Positions 36,846 to 48,737 of a stretch of DNA of 64,000 nucleotides are shown in pieces. The notes beneath the pieces are model-generated. The model worked only from the letters and a program-made list of their open reading frames with translations. It had not been told where the DNA came from and ran no database searches. The first letter of the stretch is position 1, and every line of letters begins with the position of its first letter. The stretch comes from Mobula hypostoma. Its lineage: Eukaryota. A program made the position numbers and the translations under genes. The DNA lies in contig NC_086097.1 in assembly GCF_963921235.1 (NCBI RefSeq), positions 22,570,001 through 22,634,000 on the forward strand. The letters run 5' to 3'.

Positions 36846-37343
36846 TTTCTAATTCTCCTAACTTCTCCCTGTAAGCTTTGACACTTTTACTAATCAAAAA
36901 CCTATCACCCTCCACTTTAAATATACCCAATGACTTGGCCTCCACAGCTGCTTGTGGCAGTGAATTCCACAGCACTGAAACAATAGGATGTTTGTTGTAA
37001 AATAATGTTCCAGGTCAGATGAATGGGATTTACAAAATTCCTGCTTGTAATTTGTATTACCTAGTGCAGGGCTTGGCATTGGAATTGGTTTATAATTGCC
37101 ACGTGTACCAAGGTGCAGTGTGAAGCTTGTCTTGCATACTGTTCATACAGGTCAGATCATTACATAGGGCTTTGAGGTAAAACATTGTAAAAGTTACAGA
37201 GAAAGTGCAGTACAGCTAAACAGTAAAGTACAAGATCATAATTTGTTAGATTGTGAGGTCAAGAATCCACCTTATCATGTAAGAGATCTGTCCACGAGCC
37301 TGAGAACAGTGGGATAGAAGCTGCACTTGAGACTGGCAATACG

Positions 37344-37443
37344 TTACGTCCTGACGAAGGGTCTCGGCCTGAAACGCCAACTGTACCTCTTCCTAGAGAT
37401 GCTGCCTGGCCTGCTGCGTTCACCAGCAACTTTGATGTGTGTT
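37344..37443 (+). mobile_element. Penelope-derived 100-bp element
   Basis: TSD actggcaatacg/actggtaatacg (37332-37343 and 37444-37455); begins just upstream of ctgacgaagggtctcggcctgaaacg. Confidence 0.88.
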
Positions 37444-37554
37444 ACTGGTAATACGAGCTTTCAGGCTTTTGTACCGTCTGCCCAATCGGAGTGGGTTGTG
37501 TGTAATTTGTAGTATTTTAGCCTCTTAGTTTAACAGGACTACATCAATATTTAT

Positions 37555-38745
37555 GGGTTGCAGAGTGGAGATACTTCTCTTCCAAAGGAGGTGAAAGAGA
37601 GAGCCTGTGGCATGTCGAATTGTCGGGCGAACGATTGATTTATGTTGTACTGCAGATCATGGTCCTCCCTGGGGTCCTTGCTATTGCATGCTTGGTGGGT
37701 GGAGGGTCATTGCTTTGCTGTTGCTGTGTGTGGGAGTGGGGAGTTGGGGGGGGGGGCTTTGGGTTCTAACATTTTAACTGTCACTCATTCTTTAGGGCAC
37801 ACTCCTCTTTGCATAGATGTCTGCGAAGAGCAAGAACTTCAGGATGTACGTTACTCTGATATTGAACTATTGAACTAAGGTGCAGCTTCCCTCTGCTAGC
37901 TTGTAGGTCACCCTTGGGCAAGGTGCAGCATCTGCTTAGCTTCCTCGATCAGGGTTCAGTGGGAGCAGGTGGTGGGTGGTTGCATGATCAGCCAGTAAAT
38001 ATCGTAAAGTCCTGGTTATGCGACCACTGACACCAGGAAAACAATCTCTGAACGGTATTGGCTGGGGTCACTCATCTTGTAAAGACACTGCCCAGAAGAA
38101 GTTATTTGGAGTATTGTGTACAGTTCTGGTCACCGAATTATAGGAAAGATATCAACAAGATCGAGAGAGTACAGAGTAGATTTACTAGAATGTCACCTGG
38201 GTTTCAGCACCTAAATTACAGAGAAAGGTTGAACAAGCTGGGTCTTTACTCTTTGGAGTTTAGAAGGTTGAGGGGGGACTTTATAGAGGTATTTAAAATT
38301 ATGAGGGGGATCGGTAGAGTTGACATGGATAGGCTTTTTCCATTGAGAATAGGGGAGATTCAAACAAGAGGACATGAGTTGAGAGTTAGGGGACAAAAGT
38401 TGAGGGAGAACTTCTTTACTCAGAGAGTGGTAGCTGTGTGGAATGAGCTTTCAGCAGAAGTGGTAGAGGCAGGTTCGATATTGTCATTTAAAGTCAAATT
38501 GGACAGCTATATGGACAGGAAAAGAATGGAGGGTTATGGGCTGAGTGCAGGTCAGTGGGACGAGATGAGAGTAAGCGTTCGGCACAGACTAGAAGGGCCG
38601 AGATGGCCTAATTGTTATATGGTTATATGGTTATAAGAAGGCAATGGAAAACCACTTCTGTAGAAAAAATTGCCAAGAACAATCATGGTCAAAGACCATG
38701 ATCGTCCCCATCATGCGACATGGCACATAATGGTGATGATGATGA
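37555..38745 (+). mobile_element. RTE-related non-autonomous retroelement, twice interrupted
   Basis: agaaggcaatggaaaaccact...ttgccaaga motif typical of RTE/Bov-B-derived elements; (GAT)n tail. Confidence 0.6.
38102..38634 (+). mobile_element. Young CR1 3' fragment with open ORF2 C-terminus
   Basis: YLEYCVQFWSP...LGLYSLEFRRLRGD...FFTQRVVAVWNEL; (GTTATATG)n tail; TSD aagaag. Confidence 0.93.
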
Positions 38746-38984
38746 CATCAATGTTTATGTCCCACTTCAGCCTTCACATATATCTTATCATTTAATCTCA
38801 TCAACATGCTTATACTTTTCCCCTGTGTGTTATCTATATTCCCTCAAAATGCAATTATGGTGGTCACCTCACTACTCCATTTTGGTTGTGGGCTCCACAT
38901 TCAAAACACATTTCTGTATTCTCTGTTATATTTGCTATTTTTTACAAGCTCAGGACTTATTCACAAATGGCTCAACTTCTATAC

Positions 38985-39064
38985 CAGGGGTTCCCAAGCT
39001 TTTTTATGCCATAGACCCCTACCATTAACTGAGGGGTCAGTGGAAACTAATTTGGGAATTCCTG
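38985..39064. mobile_element. Small hAT-type MITE, same family as 32470-32553
   Basis: caggggttcccaag ... ttgggaattcctg; internal tgccatagaccc. Confidence 0.7.
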
Positions 39065-39704
39065 CCTTGGAATCTTCTGTAATGTCATCTCTTAGTTTTC
39101 TCTTTTTTGAGAGAAAGGTTCTCCAGCCTACTGAATTTTTTCCGATAGGTTGAGATTCTCAATTCAGTGTAATCCAAGCAGCTCCTTTAGTAAACACAAT
39201 AGATTCTTCAGATGCTGGAAGTCCAGAGTAATACACACAAAGTGCTGGAGGATCTCAGCAGGTCAGGCAGCATCTATGGAGGGGAATAAAGAGTCAATGT
39301 TTCAGGCTGAGGCCAAAACTTTTCTATCACCTCAATATTGTTTTTAGAAGGATGTAGGCCAAAGCTATTCAAGTTTATAGCCTTGCCAGAACGTGATGTA
39401 GTTTTAACATGATACCTGCTCTTGTGTTATTTCAAATGCTTTGGTTTAATTTGTTACCCTTTTGATTGAAGATAAAAGCTGCACTACAGTTGGAGTGTAG
39501 TTAGATTTGGATGATGAGATATTGTATATTTTTATTCATTTGTGAGCTGCTCTGTATCATTGGCTATGTATCTATTTCACTAATTGCTCTTGAACGCAAT
39601 GGCTTTTTAGTCCACTTAACAGGTAAAAACATAGCTGTAGGTCTGGAGTTTCATACGTTCCTTGTCAGAAATGAGTAGCAGATATCCCTCCTTCGAGGAC
39701 ATAC

Positions 39705-40188
39705 ATGAGTTTGAGGAGATATGATATGTCACCAAAGACTCTCACAAATTTCTATAGATGTACTGTGGAGAGCATTCTGACTTGTTGCATTGCTGTCTGG
39801 TAGGGAAGTGCCAATGCACAGGATCAGAAAATTCTACGGAAGATTGTAAACTCAGCCCCTACCATCGTGAGCACTAGCCTCCCCTCCATTGAGACCACCT
39901 TCAAAAGGCGGCATCCATCATGAAGGACTTTCACCATCCAGAACATGCCCTCTTCTTGTTACTGCCATCAGCGAGGAGCCTGACTGTACATACTCAATTT
40001 TTCACAAACAGCTTTTCCCCGTCTACCATCAGATCCATGAACACTACTTCACTACTTTCGCACACCTTATTTTGTATTTCTTCTTGAAACTTAGTAATGC
40101 TTTTACGCATTGGCACTGTACTGCTGCCACAAGATGACCATTTTTTACAGCACATGTCGGAGAAAATAAATGTGATTTATTGATTCTG
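39705..40188 (+). mobile_element. Rex1/Babar 3' fragment
   Basis: FYRCTVESILTCCIAVW segment; tail aataaatgtgatt. Confidence 0.8.
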
Positions 40189-40939
40189 ACATTAGTAAAC
40201 CCAGTATGTTTTTACAACAATCTGTGACAGTTTTATGGTCTTTGTCCTTTTATTTACATTTTGATTTAATTCCTTAATTTTAAATTCCGCAGCTGCTGTG
40301 ATGGGATTTGAGTTCTAGACTCCCACTCATTAGCTGAGTTACGCAACTACCTTGCTAGTTTACCATGGCCCTGAGGGTTGGATCAACGCCTTTTGCAGTT
40401 AATTGTTAGAGACCTTGGGAAGGATGCTATAAGAAGCAATGCAAACATGGTAATGAGAAATGGAAAATATTAAAATCAATAAAAATACTCGTTTTCTCAT
40501 GTTACAGTATATTTGACATTGAGTAACTAATTTTCAATGCTATCAAAACAGTTGTGTAGAGATTTATTCCCTGTCAGAAACACAAAACTGGAATGTGGTT
40601 TGTTTAGTTCTGTTGGCTGGGGATGACTATCTGGGGAAAGTTGTTACTGAAAAACCACAACCTGAAATGATCAAGCAAACTTCAGAAGAACATAAGAAGG
40701 CATTATGAAAGCAAGAAATTCTGTAGCAACACGTACAAAATGCTTAGGGAACTCGGGCAGCGTCTATGGAGGGGCAGTAAGTGGTCAATGTTTCGGTCCG
40801 AAACCCTTTAGCGAGACGGTGTGCTGCCCTGGATTTCCAGCATCAGCATCTTGTGTTTAAGCAGTTCTTAAATGCTCCCTAGAACCATTGCCATTGCCTC
40901 CAAATCAACTGAACATTTTAAATCTAACTTAACAAATAC

Positions 40940-41440
40940 TAAACCCAAGAGATTCTGCAGTTGCTGGATATCAAGATCAATGCAAAATGGTGGAACACAG
41001 TAGGTCAGGCAGCATCTGTGGAGGGAAATAAACAGCCAACGTTTCGGGCTAAGACACTTGATCAGGACTGGAAAGGAGGGAGAGGAAATCAGAATAAGAA
41101 GCTGGTGGGGGAGGGGAAGGAGTACAAGTTGGCTGGTGATAGGTGGAGCCAGGTGAGGGGGGGAGGTGTATGATTGGGTAAATGGGGGGGGGGGAATGAA
41201 GTGAGAAGCTGGCTGGTGGTAGATGGAGCCAGGTGAGGGGGGGAGGTGTATGATTGGGTAAATGGGGGGGGGGGAATGAAGTGAGAAGTTGGGAGGTGAT
41301 AGCTGGAGGAAGTAAGGGCTTTAGAAGGAGGACTCTGATAGGAGAGGAAAATGGGCCATCAGAGAAAGGGAGGGAGGAGGGTCACCAGAGGGAGGTGATG
41401 GGTGAGTAAGGAGAAGAGAAGGGGAGAGAGGGGAGCCTGA
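40940..41440 (-). mobile_element. Penelope-like 3' region with internal 80-bp tandem duplication
   Basis: Family terminus at 40940-41075; duplicated units 41131-41210 and 41211-41290. Confidence 0.85.
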
Positions 41441-41769
41441 CAGGTATTCAAACTTATGGAGGTGAGAAGAAAATAACCCATGACCAAATTTTGTGCTGGA
41501 CCAGCCCTGAGGAGTGAAATAGGTTATATGAAATCCAATATTGCAGATGCAATGGCCTTAAATTGGAATTTGTACAACAGTAATGAGTCGCAGCCTGTTC
41601 TCTTGGAATCTCTTCTTTATTCTGCTGGTAAAATGGCTTAACTCCATAAAGTATCTGGTGTTTGCAGACTTCCTGAACATCCATCACTTTGTGGTTACAG
41701 AATCACAGCTGCAACTTTAAATGTCAGCGTACCACTAACATTATTCAATAATGTGACACTGTTTTATTT

Positions 41770-42175
41770 TAAACATAAGAGATTCTGCAGATGCTGGGAA
41801 TCCAGAGGAATACACAAAGTGTTGTGGGAACTCAACCAGATCAGGCAGCGTCTATGAAGAGGAATAAACAGTTGATGGTTTGGGTTTAGAGCTTTCATCG
41901 GGATTGGAATGAAAGGGAGAAGAAGATGGGGTAGAGGAAAGGAGTATAAGCAAGCGGGTGACAGGTGAAACCAGGGGGTGAGGGGGTTGGTCAGTGGTGG
42001 GGAAGGGGAATGAAATGAGAATCTGTGAGGTGAAATTACGGGAAATTAAATAAATCAATGTACATACCATCTGGTTGGAGGTTACTCAGACGGAATATGA
42101 GGTGTTGCTCCTCCAATCTGGAAAAAAAAGCCTCATTGTGGCCATAGCCCGACATGCTGGAATGGTAATTAGAGT
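41770..42175 (-). mobile_element. Penelope-like 3' end including GIY-YIG endonuclease C-terminal remnant
   Basis: Minus strand about 42119-42066 translates as RLEEQHLIFRLSNLQPDG; terminal hammerhead-bearing region downstream. Confidence 0.85.
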
Positions 42176-42216
42176 GAAAATGGGTGTTTTATTGTTTGAT
42201 AATTCTGTTTTATTTA

Positions 42217-42283
42217 CAGTACTGTGCAAAAGTCTTAGGCATGTATATATAGTGAGTGGGCCCAAGACTCTTGTCAAGTACTG
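42217..42283. mobile_element. Tc1-type mini MITE
   Basis: TIR cagtactgtgcaaaagtcttagg, TA on both sides. Confidence 0.8.
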
Positions 42284-43157
42284 TAGTACTTCTCCACCTA
42301 CTTACTCCCTCTGTCAGCTCTGAACCCCTGAATTGAATAAAGCTGCCCAAATCTCACAGAGCAGCCCCATTCAGAGTTCTTTTTCAAAGTTTATTGAATC
42401 TAAGTAACACCACAGCTAATATATCGAATATGATATATAATACCAAATAAGTTATTTGCTTGAAACAAGAAAGGAATTGTGCAAGACCAGACGATAGGAA
42501 ATGCTGTAATCTATGACCATGTGCCTTGCATTGCTTCAGGCTTTGGATTTAATGATCATGTTCAGCCCACAACTCTTAACTGTTATTTCAATTCCCACGC
42601 AATTAGCTCTAATCCTTATTCCAAGCACAGCTCCAACAACCAAGCAAATATTTGACCCTGTCTGTAATCTGATTGATTATTCTAACCTATCCATAGTTTA
42701 GCTGCAAAATTGCCCAAAATAGCTGAATTGCAAAAACAGTCCTGCCCACCATTGAGTGCTACCATAAGAAAGCAATATGCATTCTGAAGGACGCCCCTCA
42801 TCCAGGCCATGCTCTCTTCTTGCTGCTGTCATCAGGAGGGAGGTACAGGAGGCTCTGGACCCACGCCACCAGGTTCAGGAACAATTACCATCCAGTCATC
42901 AGGTGCTTAAACAAGTGTGTATAACTTCAATCACAACAACATTGAAATGATTCTGTGACCTATGGTTGACGTTTCAGGCTGAGACCCTTCGTCAGGACTA
43001 ACAGAAGGAAGAGACAGTAAGAGATCTGAAAGTGGGAGGGGGAGGGGGAGATCCGAAATGATAGGAGAAGACAGGAGGGGGAGGGATGAAGCTAAGAGCT
43101 GGAAAGTTGATTGGCAAAAGGGATATGAGAGGATCATGGAGGCCTAGGGAGAAAGTA

Positions 43158-44572
43158 AGTCATAGTCACAGTCATACTTTATTAATCCCAGGGGGAATTG
43201 GTTTTCGTTACAGTTGCTCCATAAATAATAAATAGTAATAGAACCACAAATAGTTAAATAGTAATATGTAAATTATGCCAGTAAATTATGAAATAAGTCC
43301 AGGACCAGCCTATTGGCTCAGGATGTCTGACCCTCCTAGGGAGGAGTTGTAAAGTTTGTTGGCCACAGGCAGGAATGACTTCCCATGACGCTCAGTGCTG
43401 CATCTCGGTGGAATGAGTCTCTGGCTGAATGTACTCCTGTGCCCACCCAGTACATTATGTAATGGATGGGAGATATTGACCAAGATGGCCTGCAACTTAG
43501 ACAGCATCCTCTTTTCAGACACCACCGTGAGAGAGTCCAGTTCCATCCCCACATCATCATTGGCCTTACGAATGAGTTTGTTGATTCTGTTGGTGTCTGC
43601 CACCCTCAGCCTGCTGCCCCAGCACACAACAGCAAACATGATAGCACTGGCCACCACAGACTCTTTGACCAGTCCAGTTTATTGTCAATTCGTATCCCCA
43701 GGTACTTGTAATCCTCCACCATGTCGACACTGACCCCCTGGATGGAAACAGGGATCACCGGTACCTTAGCTCTCCTCAGGTCTACCACCAGCTCCTTAGT
43801 CTTTTTCACATTAAGGTGAAGATAATTCTGCTCATCCCATGTGACAAAGTTTCCTACCGTAGCCCTGTACTCAGCCTCATCTCCCTTGTTGATGCATCCA
43901 ACTATGGCAGAGTCATCCGAAAACTTCTGAAGATGACAAGACTCTGTGCAGTAGTTGAAGTCCGAGGTGTAAATGGTGAAGAGAAAGGGAGACAAGACAG
44001 TCCCCTGTGGAGCCCCAGTGCTGCTGATCACTCTGTTGGACACACAGTGTTGCAAGCACACGTACTGTGGTCTGCCAGTCAGGTAATCAAGAATCCATGA
44101 TACCAGGGAAGCATCCACCTGCATTGCTGTCAGCTTCTCCCCCAGCAGAGCAGGGCGGATGGTGTTGAACGCACTGGAGAAGTCAAAAAACGTGACCCTC
44201 ACAGTGCTCGCTGGCTTGTCCAGGTGGGGAGACAATGGCATCCTCAATTCCTAGTCAGGGCTGGTAGGCGAATTGGAGGGGATCTAAGTGTGGTCTGACC
44301 ACAGGCCGGAGCAGCTCCAGAACAAGTCTCTCCAGGGTCTTCATGATGTGGGAGGTCAATGCCACCGGTCTGTAGTCATTGAGGCTGCTGGGGCGCGGCG
44401 TCTTCGGCACAGGGACGAGGCAGGACGTCTTCCACAGTACAGGAACCCTCCGGAGCCTCAGGCTCAGGTTGAATACATGGCGAAATATTCCACATAGCTG
44501 AGGGGCACAGGCTTTGAGCACCTTGGTACTGACACCATCCGGTCCTGCAGCCTTGCTTGGGTTGAGACGTTG
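43158..44572 (-). mobile_element. Rex1/Babar retrotransposon, RT domain largely intact
   Basis: LNDYRPVALTSHIMKTLERLV, DPLQFAYQP, DFSSAFNTI, GAPQGTVLSPFLF, KFSDDS; (ATGACT)n-like tail after AATAAA; two internal deletions or frameshifts. Confidence 0.95.
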
Positions 44573-44866
44573 GAATCCCAGAGGATGGTCAAGGAGTATA
44601 GTGAGAGGGACAGAGGGAGAAAAAGAGAAAGAAAAAAATATAATAATAATAAATAAATAACGGATGGGGTACGAAGGGGATACTCGCCCATCCTCTGGGA
44701 TCCCCCCTCCCCCTTTCTTTCTCCCTAGGCCTCCCGTCCCATGATCCTCTCATATCCCTTTTGCCAATCAACTTTCCAGCTCTTAGCTTCATCCCTGCCC
44801 CTCCGGTCTTCTCCTATCATTTTGGATCTCCTACTTTCAAATCTCTTACTATCTCTTCTTTCAGTT

Positions 44867-44902
44867 AGTCCTGACGAAAGGTCTCGGCCCGAAACGTTGA
44901 CT
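44867..44902 (+). ncRNA. Minimal type I hammerhead ribozyme motif
   Basis: agtc-CTGACGA-aagg tctcgg ccc-GAAA-cg-TT-gact; stem II weakened by one change. Confidence 0.55.
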
Positions 44903-45839
44903 GTACCTCTTCCTATAGATGCTGCCTGCCCTGTTGCGTTCACCAGCAACTTTGATGTGTGTTGCTTGAAATTCCAGCATCTGCAGATTTCCTCATGTTT
45001 GTATGTACTCATTTTCAAGGACTCTGCAACTCATGTTCAGTATATTATGTATTTAGTTAATATTTGCACATTTTGTCTTTTGCACATTGGTTGTTTTTCC
45101 GTCTGTGTATGTAGTTTTTCATTGATTCTATTGTATGTCTTTAATCTGTGAATTCCTGCAAGAAAATGAATCTCAGACGTAGTATATGGTGACATATAGG
45201 TACTTTGATAATAAATTTACTTTGCTGTTTGAAATTGCCCCCAAAGTATCCCACAGCCACCTTTTATTGTTACAATGAATGAATGAAGGAATGAATGAAA
45301 CAAGCCCCTTGTTTGTGATTGTGCCTTTTGTCTTTGATCATTCATCAAAAGTCATTGATGGTAATCTGTTTGCACCAATTAATCTGGGTAATGAACTTTC
45401 ATTTAAGGGTATGATTGGGACTTTCTCTGAATTTATTGGCAGCTGGATATGTTCTTCTCACCGTCTGGAAGTTCTGCACACAGTTAAGCTGCAGAATCTC
45501 TGTTTGGAAAATCAACGTCCATACATTGTACACTCAAGACTTGGGCTAATATATTTTAGTGACTGTATGTGCTATTGTAACTACATGTGTTTTGTATGCA
45601 TTGCGTTTTTCACCTTGGCCCCAGAGGAATGCTGTTTTGTTTAGCAGTGTATATGACAATTAAATTTGACTGTAAGCTTGTGATATTAGATTAACTTTGA
45701 AAATGAAAAGAGCTTTTCTTGTAGTTTCTTCAGCTCAGCCTCTGCTATCTTTAAGTGTGTGCAAAATAAATTGCCTTGCATAATGTCTGCAATTTTACGT
45801 CAAAATCAAATTAAAATATATCCAAAATATTTCCAAAAT

Positions 45840-46152
45840 AGTCCAGGACAAGAGGCCATAGTCTTAGAATTAGAGGGTAACTAGTTAAAACAGAGATGAG
45901 GAGAAATTTTTTTAGCCAGAGGGTCGTTGATTTGTGGAATTCGTTGCCACATACAGCTGTGGAGGCCCGATCTTTGAGGGTGTTTAAGGAGGAGATTGAC
46001 AGGTATCTAATTAGTCAGGGTATCAAGGGATATGGGGAAAAAGCCGGAAATTGGAACTAGATGGGTGAATAGTTTAGCTCATGGGGGAGCTGCGGAGCAG
46101 ACTCAATGGGCCGAATGGCCTACTTCTGCTCCTTTGTCTTGTGATCTTGTGT
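45840..46152 (+). mobile_element. CR1 3' end
   Basis: TRGHSLRIRG...FFSQRVVDLWNSLP; tail cttgtgatcttgtg. Confidence 0.88.
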
Positions 46153-46259
46153 GACCTTGTGATATCATCAAAGTACATATATGTCACCATATACCACCAT
46201 GAGATTAATTTTCTTGCAGGTATTTACAGGAAAATAAAGAAATACAATGGGATTTTAAA

Positions 46260-46545
46260 TTTTTATTTATTTAAAGAAACAATACAGAACAGGCCCTTCT
46301 GGCCCTTGAAGCTGTGCTGTCCAGCAACCCATCGATTTAACCCCAGGCTAATCATGAGATAACTTAGAATGGCCAATTAACCTGTGCATCTTTGGACTAT
46401 GGGAGGAAACTGGAGCACCCAGAAGAAATCAATGCAAATGGGAAGGAATGTACAGACTTGCTGACAGAGGACGCTGGAATTGAACCCCAAACCCCAATGC
46501 CCTGAGCTGTAATAGCGACGCATTAACTGCTACACTACCATGGCG
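46260..46545 (-). mobile_element. V-SINE
   Basis: tctttggactatgggaggaaactggagcacccagaagaaa; tRNA-like head at right. Confidence 0.8.
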
Positions 46546-46555
46546 TCCCTAAAAC

Positions 46556-47340
46556 GGTTCAAAGGTTCAATTTCATGTCAGAGAAATGTATACAATATAC
46601 ATCCTGAACACACATCAAAGTTGCTGGTGAACGCAGCAGGCCAGGCAGCATCTCTAGGAAGAGGTACAGTCGACGTTTCAGGCCGAGACCCTTCGTCAGG
46701 AACCCTACATCCTGAAATGTTTTTTCTTCACAAACACCCACAAAAATAGAGAAGTTCCCCAAAGAATGAATGACAGTTAAGCGTGAGAACCCCAAAGTTC
46801 CCTCTCCCGTGCGTAAGCGGCAGCAAGCAACAATCCCCCCTCGCCCCCAGCAAAAAAAAACGCACCAGCTACCAAGCACAAGCGTGGGCTAGGTGATAAC
46901 AAAGACACAGACCTTGCAGTTACCCCAAAGACTATCACATTTCATCCAGCATTCGACAAACCACAGGTTCTCTCCCTCCCTAATAAGGGAGAGGGAGGTG
47001 TCCCCCATTTTCACAGCGAGCAGGAGACATAACAACAGCCTGCTGACTTACGATGTTAAAAAGTCCATTTCATTGCTTTTTATGAGCTCTGTGACCGAAG
47101 ATCGCAAAGATCTCGGGTCTTTGGGCCCACAGTGAAAGATTTTCCGGCCTCCCCGACACGCAAATCTCCTTTCGTGACACCAACCCTCGATCTGCCCGTC
47201 TCCAGAGCCCTGAGATCTTAGGCTTTCGAATTCAAGCCGGATTCCCAGGCTGAACCCTTGGGCGTGCTGAACAATAACGGCTGGTCTCGAAACCCCGAGA
47301 ACAGGTCCCATTCCCGCAAAGAACCAAAGTCTGCGTGTAA
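46556..47340 (-). mobile_element. Unclassified non-autonomous retroelement
   Basis: Tandem tail ggttcaaaggttcaa, CpG-rich body; 3' part homologous to the plus-strand insert at about 37595-37877. Confidence 0.6.
46609..46705 (-). mobile_element. Penelope-derived 97-bp element
   Basis: 11-bp TSD tacatcctgaa (46598-46608 and 46706-46716); hammerhead core intact on the minus strand. Confidence 0.9.
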
Positions 47341-47756
47341 ACAAAGGCTGACAAGCAACCAATGTGCAAAAGTCAGTGTTGGTCAAATTAGAAGTTAAGT
47401 GCACATTTTGCTGTGAATTAAAAGCAAAGTTCAGGAGGAGCTTAGTGGGCCAGACAGTATGTGTGGAAGTAAAGAGAAGGTTGGTATAATGAGGTAGTAT
47501 CAGGATTGAGAGTGAAAGACAGCTAGTATAAAGAGGAAAGCTGTTAGTACCTGTCTATAGTAATACATCCTGATATGACTGATCTCTTGCCTCTTCAGTA
47601 CGTTAGCAGCTTTTAACTGCCTTATCTCTTTTTTTACCTGAGACATCACCTTGTGCATTAGCTTTCACACTCCTTCCATTGTTGTTCATCAATCATGACT
47701 TGGAATAATAAACAGACATGATGATCAATAGGAGCTTGACCAGAATATGTAATGTA

Positions 47757-48316
47757 CACTCAGTGGCCACTTTATTCGGTACTTCCTGCACCCAATAAAG
47801 CAGCCACTGAGTCTATGTTTGAGGTCTTCTGCTGCTGTAGCCTGTCCACTTCAAGGTTCGATGCATTGTGCATTCAGAGATGCTCTCTGCACACCACTGC
47901 TGTAATGTGTGGATATCTGAATTTAAGTTGCCTTCCTGTCAGCTTGAACCAGGGTGGCTATTCGCTTCTGACCTCTCTCATTAACAAGGTGCTTTCACCC
48001 ACTGATCTGCTGCTCACTGGAATTTTTTTTCTGTTGTTTTTCGCACCATTCTGTGTAAACTCTAGAGATTGTTGTGTGTGAAAACCCCAGGAGATCAGCA
48101 GTTTCTGAGATACTCAAACCACCCTGTTTGGCACAATCATTCCACTCTCAAAATCACTTAGGTCACTTTTCTTCCCCATTCTGATGTTTGGTCTGAACAA
48201 CAACTGAACCTCTTGATCACGTCTGTATGCTTTGTGCATTGAGTTGCTATCAAATGAGTTGATAAGATATTTGCATTAAAGATCAGCTGTACCTATAATA
48301 AAGTAGCCATTAAATG
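47757..48316 (-). mobile_element. Non-autonomous Tc1/mariner deletion derivative
   Basis: ta-cactcagtggccactttatt TIR; same body as the copies at 15583, 53381 and 58863. Confidence 0.88.
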
Positions 48317-48506
48317 TGCATTCTAGCATCAGTTCTAAGATTGTGGCCACCATAAAGTGATTCAGATGGATTCTAAGTCCCTTCTACATCACCTTTTCTT
48401 TTATGTAGTTCCTACAATCCACTCTGGATCACGTCCAATCCACTTAGTGGTTTGATCATTTTAGATTAGTCTTCCGGTTCAGAGAAATCAACTTCATTCT
48501 CAGAGT

Positions 48507-48737
48507 AACATACATCAAAGTTGCTGGTGAACGCAGCAGGCCAAGCAGCATCTATAGGAAGAGGCGCAGTCGACGTTTCAGGCCGAGACCCTTCGTCAGG
48601 ACCCTGACGAAGGGTCTCGGCCTGAAACGTCGACTGCGCCTCTTCCTATAGATGCTGCTTGGCCTGCTGCGTTCACCAGCAACTTTGATGTATGTTGCTT
48701 GAATTTCCAGCATCTGCAGAATTCCTGTTGTTTGCGT
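48507..48737. mobile_element. Very young Penelope-derived perfect palindromic element
   Basis: 94-bp perfect inverted arms (48507-48600 and 48603-48696), 41-nt tail, 14-bp TSD ttcattctcagagt (48493-48506 and 48738-48751). Confidence 0.95.
48568..48603 (-). ncRNA. Minimal type I hammerhead ribozyme motif
   Basis: Minus strand ggtc-CTGACGA-agg gtctcgg cct-GAAA-cg-TC-gact. Confidence 0.7.

Larger units (their letters stand above)
42966..45002. mobile_element. Penelope-derived element with inverted arms, left arm split by a Rex1/Babar element
   Basis: 42966-43157 plus 44573-44680 on the minus strand are mirrored by 44681-44900 on the plus strand. Confidence 0.88.
42745..45230 (+). mobile_element. 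Rex1/Babar 3' end, host of two nested insertions
   Basis: HPGHALFLLLSSGGRYRRL at left; UTR broken at acctatgg and resumed at actcattttcaaggactct near 45006. Confidence 0.8.

Noticed and set aside
38058..38636. 192-aa ORF as a host gene
   Set aside because: CR1 ORF2 C-terminus read in from a flanking repeat with a TTG start; bounded by a TSD and CR1 tail
43310..44521. Reverse transcriptase ORFs as a retron, DGR or domesticated gene
   Set aside because: Rex1/Babar RT, 5'-truncated with deletions and frameshifts, in a eukaryotic repeat nest
48507..48696. Pre-miRNA or DNA-transposon MITE
   Set aside because: Arms are Penelope terminal sequence; long TSD and one-sided tail fit retrotransposition
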